From an uncultured SAR116 cluster alpha proteobacterium (GTDB lineage: Bacteria; Pseudomonadota; Alphaproteobacteria; Puniceispirillales; Marisalimonadaceae): 64,000 nucleotides of DNA. Under the pieces are notes generated by a model, which was given only the letters and a program-made list of their open reading frames with translations, was not told the origin of the DNA and made no database searches. Positions within the stretch are counted from its first letter, which is position 1, and every line of letters starts with the position of its first letter. The stretch is taken from positions 6,326 to 70,325 of the forward strand of contig CACNQW010000004.1 of assembly GCA_902622745.1 (NCBI GenBank), in the 5' to 3' direction. The position numbers and the translations under genes are program-made. This document shows, in pieces, positions 54,450 to 62,791 of the stretch.

Positions 54450-56053
54450 AGATAGTTGTATTCGGAGGTTATGGTCAACTTGGTTTAATTTTTCAAGAGT
54501 TAAATTTAAAAGAATTTGATTTACTTTTTTTTAAAAGAAAACATTTTGAAACTCAAAATTATGATCAAATATATAAATTAATAGAAATTCACAAACCTCA
54601 AGTAATTATAAATTTTTTAGCTTTTACAAATGTTGATCAATGTGAAATATCAAAAGAAAAAGCAATAGAAGCTAATTCAATTTTTCCAAAACACTTATCT
54701 ATTGCAGCAAAAAAACATTCCTCCTTTTTAATTCATATTTCTACAGATTATGTTTTTGGAGATAATTCCAAACAAAAATTATTAGAAAAAACTGATACAT
54801 TTCCAATTAACTTTTATGGAAAAAGCAAAAGAGACGGTGAACTTAACATTATCAAATCAAAATGTAATTATATAATTTTAAGAACCTCTTGGATATATAG
54901 TGACAAAAAAAATAATTTTTTTTTGACAATAAAAAAATTACTTGAATCTAACAAAAAAGTTATTTCTGTAGTCAATGATCAATTCGGCGCACCTACATCA
55001 GGATATGATTTTATTTTATCTTTAAAAAAAATCTTAGTTTCAATCAAGAAAAATAATTCTAAAAACTATCAGAAAAAAATTACTGGAATTTATCATTTGA
55101 CAAATGCTGGAGAAGGAAGTTGGTATAATTTTGCTTGTGAAATATCAAAAAATTTGGGATATGATTTTAGTCAAAGAATTGCTTCAATAAATTCAAATAA
55201 AATAAATAGATTGGCTAAAAGACAAACCAACTCTAGGTTAAGCAATAATAAAATTAAAAAAGTTTTTAATATAAATTTACCTAAATGGGAAAATAGTTTA
55301 AATATATTTTGTAAAGAAAAGTTTAGCATGAATACAGAATCTATTCCTGAAAAGTTTATTGACCATTTGATGTTGAAAGATAGTGTTAAACTGATGTTAG
55401 ATGACAAACTTCACGCTGTGAAAAAACTTTATGGTTGCATCAATGAAATTGAATTAATTGTTAATAAAATTTTTGATCATTTACAAAGCAACTCTAATTC
55501 AAGATTAATTTATGTTGGAGCTGGCACATCCGGTAGAATAGCAGTACAAGATGGTTCTGAGCTTTTCCCTACATTTGGATGGCCAAAATCACGAACAGAA
55601 TTCATAATAGCAGGCGGGTTAAAAGCTCTAACTCAATCTATTGAAAACTCAGAAGATGATATAAAATCTGCTAAAAAAATGTCAGCTGATAAAAAAATTT
55701 CTTCAAGTGATATTATTTTAGCAGTATCTGCTAATGGTAATACATTATTTACAAATGAGGTAATCAAATTTTCAAATAGCAGAAAAGCATTAACAGTTGG
55801 TATTACTAACAATCACAAGACTCTCTTGGAAAAAAACTCAAAACTCACATTAGTAGTTAATACTGGAGCTGAATTGGTTGCAGGCTCGACACGTTTAAAA
55901 GCTGGAACTATTCAAAAAATAGTACTTAACATTATATCTACACTGGTATTTGTAAAACTAGGTTGTGTAGAGCAAGGTCTCATGGTAAATATGCGACCTA
56001 GCAACTGTAAACTTAGAAAAAGAAAAAATCTTATTAACAAAATTTTGTCATAA
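54446..56053 (+). CDS. rfbD-murQ: fused dTDP-4-dehydrorhamnose reductase (aa 1-294) / N-acetylmuramic acid 6-phosphate etherase (aa 295-535)
   Basis: N-terminal half: FGGYGQLG, ISTDYVFGD, YGKSKRDGE (RmlD Y-x3-K). C-terminal half from ATG 55328: RLIYVGAGTSGRIAVQDGSELFPTFGW and GSTRLKAGTIQK (SIS-domain MurQ). No stop codon lies between the halves. Confidence 0.8.
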   Translation: MKIVVFGGYGQLGLIFQELNLKEFDLLFFKRKHFETQNYDQIYKLIEIHKPQVIINFLAFTNVDQCEISKEKAIEANSIFPKHLSIAAKKHSSFLIHISTDYVFGDNSKQKLLEKTDTFPINFYGKSKRDGELNIIKSKCNYIILRTSWIYSDKKNNFFLTIKKLLESNKKVISVVNDQFGAPTSGYDFILSLKKILVSIKKNNSKNYQKKITGIYHLTNAGEGSWYNFACEISKNLGYDFSQRIASINSNKINRLAKRQTNSRLSNNKIKKVFNINLPKWENSLNIFCKEKFSMNTESIPEKFIDHLMLKDSVKLMLDDKLHAVKKLYGCINEIELIVNKIFDHLQSNSNSRLIYVGAGTSGRIAVQDGSELFPTFGWPKSRTEFIIAGGLKALTQSIENSEDDIKSAKKMSADKKISSSDIILAVSANGNTLFTNEVIKFSNSRKALTVGITNNHKTLLEKNSKLTLVVNTGAELVAGSTRLKAGTIQKIVLNIISTLVFVKLGCVEQGLMVNMRPSNCKLRKRKNLINKILS

Positions 56054-56061
56054 CAAATCAA

Positions 56062-57363
56062 ATGAAACAATCAAAAAGAAAATCTCTGACAGTTGTTGGA
56101 TTGGGGTATGTAGGACTTCCACTTGCAACAGCTTTAAGTTATCATTATTCAGTGAAAGGCTTTGATATTGAGAAAACAAAGGTTGCCGAGTTAAATAAAA
56201 TTAAAACCTTAAAAAAGAACACATATAAAAGTCTGAATAAAAAAGAATTTTTAGGAATTAAAAAAATTTCTTTTACGTCTGAACCTTATGATATAGAAAA
56301 TCAAGATTATTATATTGTAACAGTTCCTACTCCAATCGATCAAGCATTTAAACCTGATCTTTCTCATTTAATCGAAGCAAGCTCTTTAATTGGGAAATCT
56401 CTTAAAAAAGGATCATTAGTTATATATGAATCTACTGTTTACCCAGGTGCAACTGAAGATATTTGTATTCCTACCTTAGAAAAAGTATCTGGAATGAAAC
56501 ATAAAAAAGATTTTGGTGTCTGTTATAGTCCTGAAAGAGTTAATCCTGGTGACAACAAGCATAAATTAGAAAATGTTAATAAGATTATAGCGGCTGATAC
56601 TTACAAGAATCTTAAAATCTTAAAAAAAATTTATAAAAACATAATCCAAGCAGATCTTGTTGAAGTTAGTAGCATAAAAGTTGCTGAAACATGTAAAGTT
56701 TTAGAAAACACCCAGAGGGATATAAATATAGCGCTTGTTAATGAACTATCTATAATATGTGATAAATTAGGAATTAAAACTAATGAAGTACTTTCAGCAT
56801 CCAGTACTAAATGGAATTTTATTAATTTCAAACCTGGCTTAGTTGGAGGGCATTGTATTAGTGTAGATCCACATTATTTGAGTTATAAATCAAAATTGGA
56901 AGGTTATTTCCCAGAAGTAATTCATGCTGGAAGAAAAGTTAATGATGGAATGTGGTCTTTTATAAGGGATAAAACAATTTCATTATCAACATCTCTTAAA
57001 AAAATACCTCATGAAAGTAGATTATGTATTTTAGGGATTACTTTTAAAGAAAATTGCGATGATATAAGAAATTCACAAGTGATAAAGATTTATCAAAGCT
57101 TAAGAGAATTTGGTTTTAATATATCTATATTTGATCCAGTCGCAAATATCAAAGAAGTTCAAAATAGTTTCAATGTAAAACTACTGCAATGGAATGAATT
57201 AAAAAAATATGATGGTTTAATTTTAGCAGTCGCACATGATTATTTTAAAAAGTTAAAAAGTAAAGATTTCGAAGAAATTTTAAAAGACAAAGCTTTCATA
57301 ATTGATATCAAGTCAATTTTGTGTACTACAAATTTTAAAAAACACATTGTTTGGCAACTTTAA
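56062..57363 (+). CDS. nucleotide-sugar 6-dehydrogenase (UDP-glucose/GDP-mannose dehydrogenase family; WbpO/TviB-like)
   Basis: VVGLGYVGLPLATAL NAD motif, YSPERVNPGD, and catalytic Cys context GLVGGHCISVDP. 433 aa. Confidence 0.88.
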   Translation: MKQSKRKSLTVVGLGYVGLPLATALSYHYSVKGFDIEKTKVAELNKIKTLKKNTYKSLNKKEFLGIKKISFTSEPYDIENQDYYIVTVPTPIDQAFKPDLSHLIEASSLIGKSLKKGSLVIYESTVYPGATEDICIPTLEKVSGMKHKKDFGVCYSPERVNPGDNKHKLENVNKIIAADTYKNLKILKKIYKNIIQADLVEVSSIKVAETCKVLENTQRDINIALVNELSIICDKLGIKTNEVLSASSTKWNFINFKPGLVGGHCISVDPHYLSYKSKLEGYFPEVIHAGRKVNDGMWSFIRDKTISLSTSLKKIPHESRLCILGITFKENCDDIRNSQVIKIYQSLREFGFNISIFDPVANIKEVQNSFNVKLLQWNELKKYDGLILAVAHDYFKKLKSKDFEEILKDKAFIIDIKSILCTTNFKKHIVWQL

Positions 57364-59099
57364 ATTGGAATTATATTTTAGTGATTTTTAAAAGTACAAT
57401 AGATGATTTAACGATTTTATTTTTAAAATTAAAATCAAATTTTTTCTATAGTTTCTTGTTGTTACTATTAGTTTTATTGATAACATGTTTATTTGAAATG
57501 ATTACATTAGCTGCAATAGTTCCATTACTTGCATTGTTAACAGATAAATCATTGTTGGATAACATCCCTATAGTTAAATATCTTTTAGAATCTTTTTCTC
57601 AAATATTAAGTTTACCGATTTTACATGTTTTAATTATATCTTTTTTGTTTTTAGTAATACTAGCTGTTTTTCTTAGAGTGTTCTTATTATATTTAAATTC
57701 TAACTTAACAGTAAAAATTGGAAATTGGTTAAGTATGAAAGTATTTTCAATTTATATTAACCAGAATTATTTATTTCATACAAATTCTAATACAAGTGAA
57801 ACTATAAGTACAATTAGAGATAAAGTAGAAATTGTAGTATTTGCAATAATTTTGCCAATTTTTACATTAATTACAAATCTAGTTTTAGCCTTAATGATAA
57901 TTTTAATGATTTTTGTAATTAGTTGGAAGATTTCACTAGTCCTTATTTTAGTATTAACTCCAACATACATTGTCATTATGAAAATTTATAAAAATAAACT
58001 CTTAAAAAATAGTTTAGCTATAAATTCAAATCAAACAAACACCGTGAAAATAATTCAAGAAACTCTTGGTGAAATAAGAGAGTTAATTATGAATAATAAT
58101 CAAAGTTTTTACATAAATAAATTTTATAAACCTGATTATACATTAAGAAAATCACTTGCTAGTAACTTATTGATTGCAGGAATACCTAGGATTTTAGTAG
58201 AGGGCGTGGGTATAATTTTAATAAGTTTAATTGCTTTTTATTTATCAACAACTGAACAAGGGTTAATTTTTTATATTCCGGTATTAGGCGCTCTTGCGGT
58301 TGGGGCACAAAGAATATTACCGTCAATTCAACAAGCCTATGCAGCTTGGGTAACAATAATAGGAAATAGAAGTTCATTAGATGCAATTATTCAAACTTTA
58401 AATCTTGAAAGAAAAATAGTTGATAAGAACACAAAAAAAATGAAATTTAATAAACAAATAAATTTTGAAAATGTGAGTTTTCAATATAATGATAAAAATG
58501 AGGTAATTCGAAATTTAAACTTTGAAATTAAGAAAGGTGAAATTTTTGGTCTTGTAGGTAAAACAGGTGAAGGTAAAAGTACAACTATAGATTTGATATG
58601 TGGATTGATATATCCTAAAAAGGGTGAAGTTAAAGTTGATGGAAAAAAAATAAATTTTAAAAATGCTGTCAATTGGCAAAAAAATATTTCATTAGTCCCA
58701 CAACAAATATATTTATCTGATTTGTCACTAATTGAAAATATTTGTCCCGGTATCCAATTAAAAGATATAAATTATAAGAAAATCAATGAAGTTTTAAAAT
58801 TATGTGATTTAGATATTTTTGTTAATAAGTTAAGTGAGGGTCTCTTTACAAATATAGGTGAAAGAGGCATAAGATTGAGTGGAGGGCAAAGACAAAGAAT
58901 AGGGATTGCAAGAGCGCTTTATAGAGAAAATCCTATATTAATTTTTGATGAAGCTACTAACGCATTGGACGAAGAAACAGAGAAAAAAATTATAAAAAAT
59001 ATTATCACTTACAAAATTAACTTTACATTTATAATCATATCACATAGAAAATCAACATTGAAATTTTGCAATCAAATACTAGATCTTAAAAAACTATGA
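57351..59099 (+). CDS. fused TMD-NBD ABC exporter (MsbA/glycan-flippase-like)
   Basis: About six N-terminal TM helices. Walker A GKTGEGKST, signature LSGGQRQRIGIARAL, Walker B ILIFDEATNALD. The tracked TTG start at 57351 overlaps the upstream gene; an in-frame GTG at 57381 is an alternative start. Confidence 0.88.
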   Translation: MATLNWNYILVIFKSTIDDLTILFLKLKSNFFYSFLLLLLVLLITCLFEMITLAAIVPLLALLTDKSLLDNIPIVKYLLESFSQILSLPILHVLIISFLFLVILAVFLRVFLLYLNSNLTVKIGNWLSMKVFSIYINQNYLFHTNSNTSETISTIRDKVEIVVFAIILPIFTLITNLVLALMIILMIFVISWKISLVLILVLTPTYIVIMKIYKNKLLKNSLAINSNQTNTVKIIQETLGEIRELIMNNNQSFYINKFYKPDYTLRKSLASNLLIAGIPRILVEGVGIILISLIAFYLSTTEQGLIFYIPVLGALAVGAQRILPSIQQAYAAWVTIIGNRSSLDAIIQTLNLERKIVDKNTKKMKFNKQINFENVSFQYNDKNEVIRNLNFEIKKGEIFGLVGKTGEGKSTTIDLICGLIYPKKGEVKVDGKKINFKNAVNWQKNISLVPQQIYLSDLSLIENICPGIQLKDINYKKINEVLKLCDLDIFVNKLSEGLFTNIGERGIRLSGGQRQRIGIARALYRENPILIFDEATNALDEETEKKIIKNIITYKINFTFIIISHRKSTLKFCNQILDLKKL

Positions 59100-59251
59100 C
59101 ATCTTTTTTTTTAAATATTATTTGGAGAATATCTCGAAGACTTTACATGGTGTCAAGAAATGAAGTTTTAGAAAGACAAAACTATCTAAATAACCTTGAA
59201 TTTATACTTAAATCGTCAGAAATAAATAATAACAATTCAAAAAATAGATAA
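59096..59251 (+). CDS. possible 51-aa small ORF (unknown function) in the largest intergenic gap
   Basis: ATG at 59096 overlaps the ABC exporter stop (ATGA). The frame is open to TAA at 59249-59251 (MTSFFLNIIWRISRRLYMVSRNEVLERQNYLNNLEFILKSSEINNNNSKNR). It is below the ORF-track cutoff and has no recognisable motif. It could be non-coding. Confidence 0.25.
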   Translation: MTSFFLNIIWRISRRLYMVSRNEVLERQNYLNNLEFILKSSEINNNNSKNR

Positions 59252-59260
59252 TGTAAATAA

Positions 59261-60301
59261 ATGAATAAAGTTGCTCTTATAATTGGTATTACTGGTCAAG
59301 ACGGTTCATATTTAACAGAATTTCTTCTTAAAAAAAATTATATTGTTCATGGAATTAAAAGAAGATCATCTCAATTTAATACTTTCAGAATCGATCATCT
59401 TTATAAAGATCCTCATCTTGAAGGTGTTAGATTATTTTTACATCATGGTGATTTGACAGATTCATCAAATTTGGTGAGAATTATTGAACAAACTTCTCCT
59501 GACGAAATTTATAATTTAGGTGCTCAAAGTCATGTTGGAGTGTCATTTGAAAGTCCTGAATATACTTCAGACGTAAATGCGCTTGGAACTCTTCGAATTT
59601 TAGAAGCCATCAGAATTCTTGGTCTAGAAAACAAAACAAAACTATACCAAGCGTCATCTTCTGAATTATTTGGTAAAGTTCAGACAATACCCCAAAATGA
59701 AGAAACTAAGTTTTACCCAAGATCACCTTATGCAGTAGCAAAATTATACGCATTTTGGATTTGTGTAAATTACAGGGAAGCTTATAATATATTTGCATGT
59801 AATGGAATATTATTTAATCATGAATCACCTAGAAGAGGGGAAAACTTCGTTACTCGAAAAGTTACTCAAGGTTTGGTAAGAGTAAAATTAGGTCTCCAAA
59901 AAACTTTGTATATTGGAAACCTTGATGCAATGAGAGATTGGGGTCATGCTAAAGATTATGTAGAAATGCAGTGGCTCATGCTTCAAAAAGATAAACCTAA
60001 GGATTATGTGATATCTACTGGAATGAATTATAGTGTTAGAGATTTAATAAATCTTAGCTGTAAAATATTAAAAATAAATATTAAATGGGAAGGAAAAGGA
60101 GAAAGTGAGAAGGGATACGATGATAAAGGTCAATGTATAGTATCTGTTTCATCAAAATATTTTAGGCCTACTGAAGTTGATACTTTGCTTGGTGACTCCT
60201 CTCTTGCTCACAAGGAATTGAATTGGAAGCCAAAAATAACATTTCAAGATATGATAGAAGAAATGATTGATTGCGATTTAAGAATAATTGATAATAAATA
60301 A
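59261..60301 (+). CDS. gmd: GDP-mannose 4,6-dehydratase
   Basis: [39 protein letters not shown] (Y-x3-K), and [10 protein letters not shown] are all characteristic Gmd motifs. 346 aa. Confidence 0.95.
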   Translation: MNKVALIIGITGQDGSYLTEFLLKKNYIVHGIKRRSSQFNTFRIDHLYKDPHLEGVRLFLHHGDLTDSSNLVRIIEQTSPDEIYNLGAQSHVGVSFESPEYTSDVNALGTLRILEAIRILGLENKTKLYQASSSELFGKVQTIPQNEETKFYPRSPYAVAKLYAFWICVNYREAYNIFACNGILFNHESPRRGENFVTRKVTQGLVRVKLGLQKTLYIGNLDAMRDWGHAKDYVEMQWLMLQKDKPKDYVISTGMNYSVRDLINLSCKILKINIKWEGKGESEKGYDDKGQCIVSVSSKYFRPTEVDTLLGDSSLAHKELNWKPKITFQDMIEEMIDCDLRIIDNK

Positions 60302-60314
60302 GATAGGGTTTAAT

Positions 60315-61472
60315 ATGATTAAAGGTTACTTAGTTATTCCACTAGCTGGACTAGGTCAAAGATTTGTCGAAAAAGGTTATTCTTTGCCGAAACAGCTTTT
60401 ACCTATAAATGGAATTACTACGCTTGAATATTCACTTGATTCTATTGATGTGCCAAAAGATTTTCAAGTGATAATTCTAGCACGCAGCAGTTTTTTCACA
60501 ACTTATGATTTAAGACCTATATTTAAAAAAAAATTTGGAAACAATGTTAAATTTTTAGAGGTTTTTGAAAAAACAAGAGGTAGTTTAGAAACTTGTTTAC
60601 TTGCAGAAAAAATAATTAAAAAAGATGTTCCACTCCATATTTTTACTCTGGATGTAAATATTTATCCAAAAATTAATCTTTCTAAAATTTCTTTTGAAAA
60701 TGTTGATGGTAATATATCTATAGTTAAAATTAATAATAAAAATTTTAGTTATGTGGATATTGACAGAGCTAATTTTGTTTCACGGACTGTTGAAAAAGTG
60801 ATTATATCTAATTGGGGTATAACAGGCTTGTATTCATTTAAATCCTCAAAATTATTTTTCCAAATATCAAAAAAATATATCAATAATAATATAAATAAAT
60901 TAGATGGAGAATTCTATCTTGCTCCGATATATAACGAATACATTAAAAAAGGGTTTAAAGTTACTGTCAATAAAGCTTGGGGCTTATATTGCTTTGGGAC
61001 GCCTTCAGAATATGAATGGTGTAAGGCACATATAAAAGGATCTATTCAAACTATAGGTGTTGCTACAGATCATTCAGGATATTTTGAAAAAGAGAGATTT
61101 ACAGAATATCTTAAAAAGTTAAATTTCAAAGTTTTTGATGTGGGTTGTTTTTCAAATGCTGATTGTGATTACCCTGACTATGTTAACACATTATGTGACC
61201 TTATAAACAAAAAATTTGTAGATATTGGTTTTTCTTTTTGTAGATCTGGTCAAGGGGTAAATATTGCTGCCAATAAAAACCCAGGAATTTTGTCAGTAAT
61301 CTATTTGAATAATGATGATTTTAAAACATGTTTAGAACATAATAATCCAAATCATATATCAATCCCTTCAGAAAAAATTGATAATGTTTGTGAAAAAGAA
61401 TTTATAGAAATTTTAAAAAATACAGTTTTTGAAGGAGGAAGACATCAGGATAGATTGTCTTCTATGACTTAA
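60315..61472 (+). CDS. fusion protein: sugar-phosphate nucleotidyltransferase-like domain + RpiB/LacAB-family sugar-phosphate isomerase domain
   Basis: N-terminal VIPLAGLGQRF...LPKQLLPINGITTLEYSL resembles the G-x-G-x-R nucleotidyltransferase signature. The C-terminal part from about nt 61044, IGVATDHSGY...DYPDY...FCRSGQGVNIAANK...HNNPNHISIP, matches RpiB/LacAB (DHAG, C-x-x-G-x-G, IAANK). Confidence 0.65.
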   Translation: MIKGYLVIPLAGLGQRFVEKGYSLPKQLLPINGITTLEYSLDSIDVPKDFQVIILARSSFFTTYDLRPIFKKKFGNNVKFLEVFEKTRGSLETCLLAEKIIKKDVPLHIFTLDVNIYPKINLSKISFENVDGNISIVKINNKNFSYVDIDRANFVSRTVEKVIISNWGITGLYSFKSSKLFFQISKKYINNNINKLDGEFYLAPIYNEYIKKGFKVTVNKAWGLYCFGTPSEYEWCKAHIKGSIQTIGVATDHSGYFEKERFTEYLKKLNFKVFDVGCFSNADCDYPDYVNTLCDLINKKFVDIGFSFCRSGQGVNIAANKNPGILSVIYLNNDDFKTCLEHNNPNHISIPSEKIDNVCEKEFIEILKNTVFEGGRHQDRLSSMT

Positions 61473-61798
61473 TGATAATTAAAAACTTTTTACATTTTAA
61501 AGGTGGATGGATAGTTGGTAATTTCAAAGAATCTATTATTGATAATCCGAACTATGAAATAGGTATAAAAAAGCTTAAAAAAGGTTTTGTTGATAAACCA
61601 CATTATCATAGAGAAGGATTTGAATATAATCTTCTTATTGAGGGTAAATTAAAGCAAAAAGACAAAATAATCGAAAAAAATAATTTATTTATATTTGAGC
61701 CACTTGAAGTATCTTTTATTAGAGCATTAGAGGATTCAATTATTTTAGTTTTTAGAAATTACAGTAATCCTGAAGATAAATTTTTAAGTATTCAATGA
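61472..61798 (+). CDS. small cupin-fold protein (possible sugar isomerase/epimerase)
   Basis: 108 aa. The PHYHREGFEYNLLIEGKL region looks like a cupin metal/substrate motif. The start overlaps the upstream stop by 1 nt (TAATG). Confidence 0.5.
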   Translation: MIIKNFLHFKGGWIVGNFKESIIDNPNYEIGIKKLKKGFVDKPHYHREGFEYNLLIEGKLKQKDKIIEKNNLFIFEPLEVSFIRALEDSIILVFRNYSNPEDKFLSIQ

Positions 61799-61801
61799 TG
61801 T

Positions 61802-62791
61802 ATGGTTAAAAATAATAGATTAATTACTTTATGTGTTTTGACTAAAAATCAACATAAAAAATTAAAAAAATTAATTAAATCAATTTCTTTTATAAAAAAT
61901 AATCATGATGTAGAAATTCTTATATACGATGATAGTGAAATACCAAATAAAAAAAAGGATCTTCAAAATTTAACAAATATTAATTTGACTATTAAAGAAG
62001 GGAAAAAAGAAGGTATTGATAAAGCTGTAATAAATATAAGTACTTTAGCAGAGTCAAAATTTATTTGGTGGCTGGGGGATGATGAAATTTTCCCTAAAAA
62101 ATTAGACCACGTCATAAATATAATAAAGCAACATATCTCTTCTAACTTTTTTTGGGCAAATTATAAACGTGGAGAATTTAGCGGTATAAATCTATCTGAA
62201 AATAGATATTTTAAAGATAAAGATGAAATTTTGAAACTTGCTGGTTTAGGCCTTGGTTTTTGTTCTGCATTAATTATGAAAAAAAAAATTGTAACAGAAT
62301 CTTTAAAGACTGTAAGACCTTTTATAGGATCTTATTTTGTAACATTATATATTTGTATGTTTGTAATTATTAATAGTAAAAGGTTGTATTGTATATCAGA
62401 ACACATAATAAAAAATAAGCCTGCATCAAAAGAGGATTTTATTGAAAATATGATCGATAAAAATGGTGTGATAAATAATCCGGGATTTGAGATTTTTGGC
62501 ATAAATTCTATAAAGATATTCAATCACTTTGGGCATCACTTTGAAAAAAAAACTATAAAAAAAATTAAGAGAAAAATATTTAGAGATGCTTGGAAAGGTG
62601 TTATTGTGGGATGGATTGGTGGCTGGGATAGTCCCAAAGGTAAAACAAAATTAATATTTAATAATTATAAATTCATACCAGAAGCATATTTAGCAATTTT
62701 CTTACTAAATATTCCAAAATTTATTATAGTTTTATTATATAATATTTTTATGATCCCAAAAAAAGTTTCAATTTATGTTAGATCAAAATAA
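61802..62791 (+). CDS. glycosyltransferase family 2-like (GT-A) protein with C-terminal TM segment
   Basis: ITLCVLTKNQHKKLKKLIKSI, then YDDSE and WWLGDDE (DxD-type). C-terminal hydrophobic helix AYLAIFLLNIPKFIIVLLYNIF. Confidence 0.6.
   Translation: MVKNNRLITLCVLTKNQHKKLKKLIKSISFIKNNHDVEILIYDDSEIPNKKKDLQNLTNINLTIKEGKKEGIDKAVINISTLAESKFIWWLGDDEIFPKKLDHVINIIKQHISSNFFWANYKRGEFSGINLSENRYFKDKDEILKLAGLGLGFCSALIMKKKIVTESLKTVRPFIGSYFVTLYICMFVIINSKRLYCISEHIIKNKPASKEDFIENMIDKNGVINNPGFEIFGINSIKIFNHFGHHFEKKTIKKIKRKIFRDAWKGVIVGWIGGWDSPKGKTKLIFNNYKFIPEAYLAIFLLNIPKFIIVLLYNIFMIPKKVSIYVRSK

Noticed and set aside
62279-62288. Homopolymeric A/T tracts inside glycan genes as possible slipped-strand phase-variation switches. 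They are A10 at 62279-62288 in the GT2-like gene, A10 at 63750-63759 in the second Gmd-like gene, A9 at 50845-50853, and T9 at 59104-59112.
   Set aside because: In DNA this AT-rich, with heavy use of AAA (Lys) and TTT (Phe) codons, tracts of 8-10 nt are expected frequently and also occur in core genes. Without population data there is no evidence of length variation.
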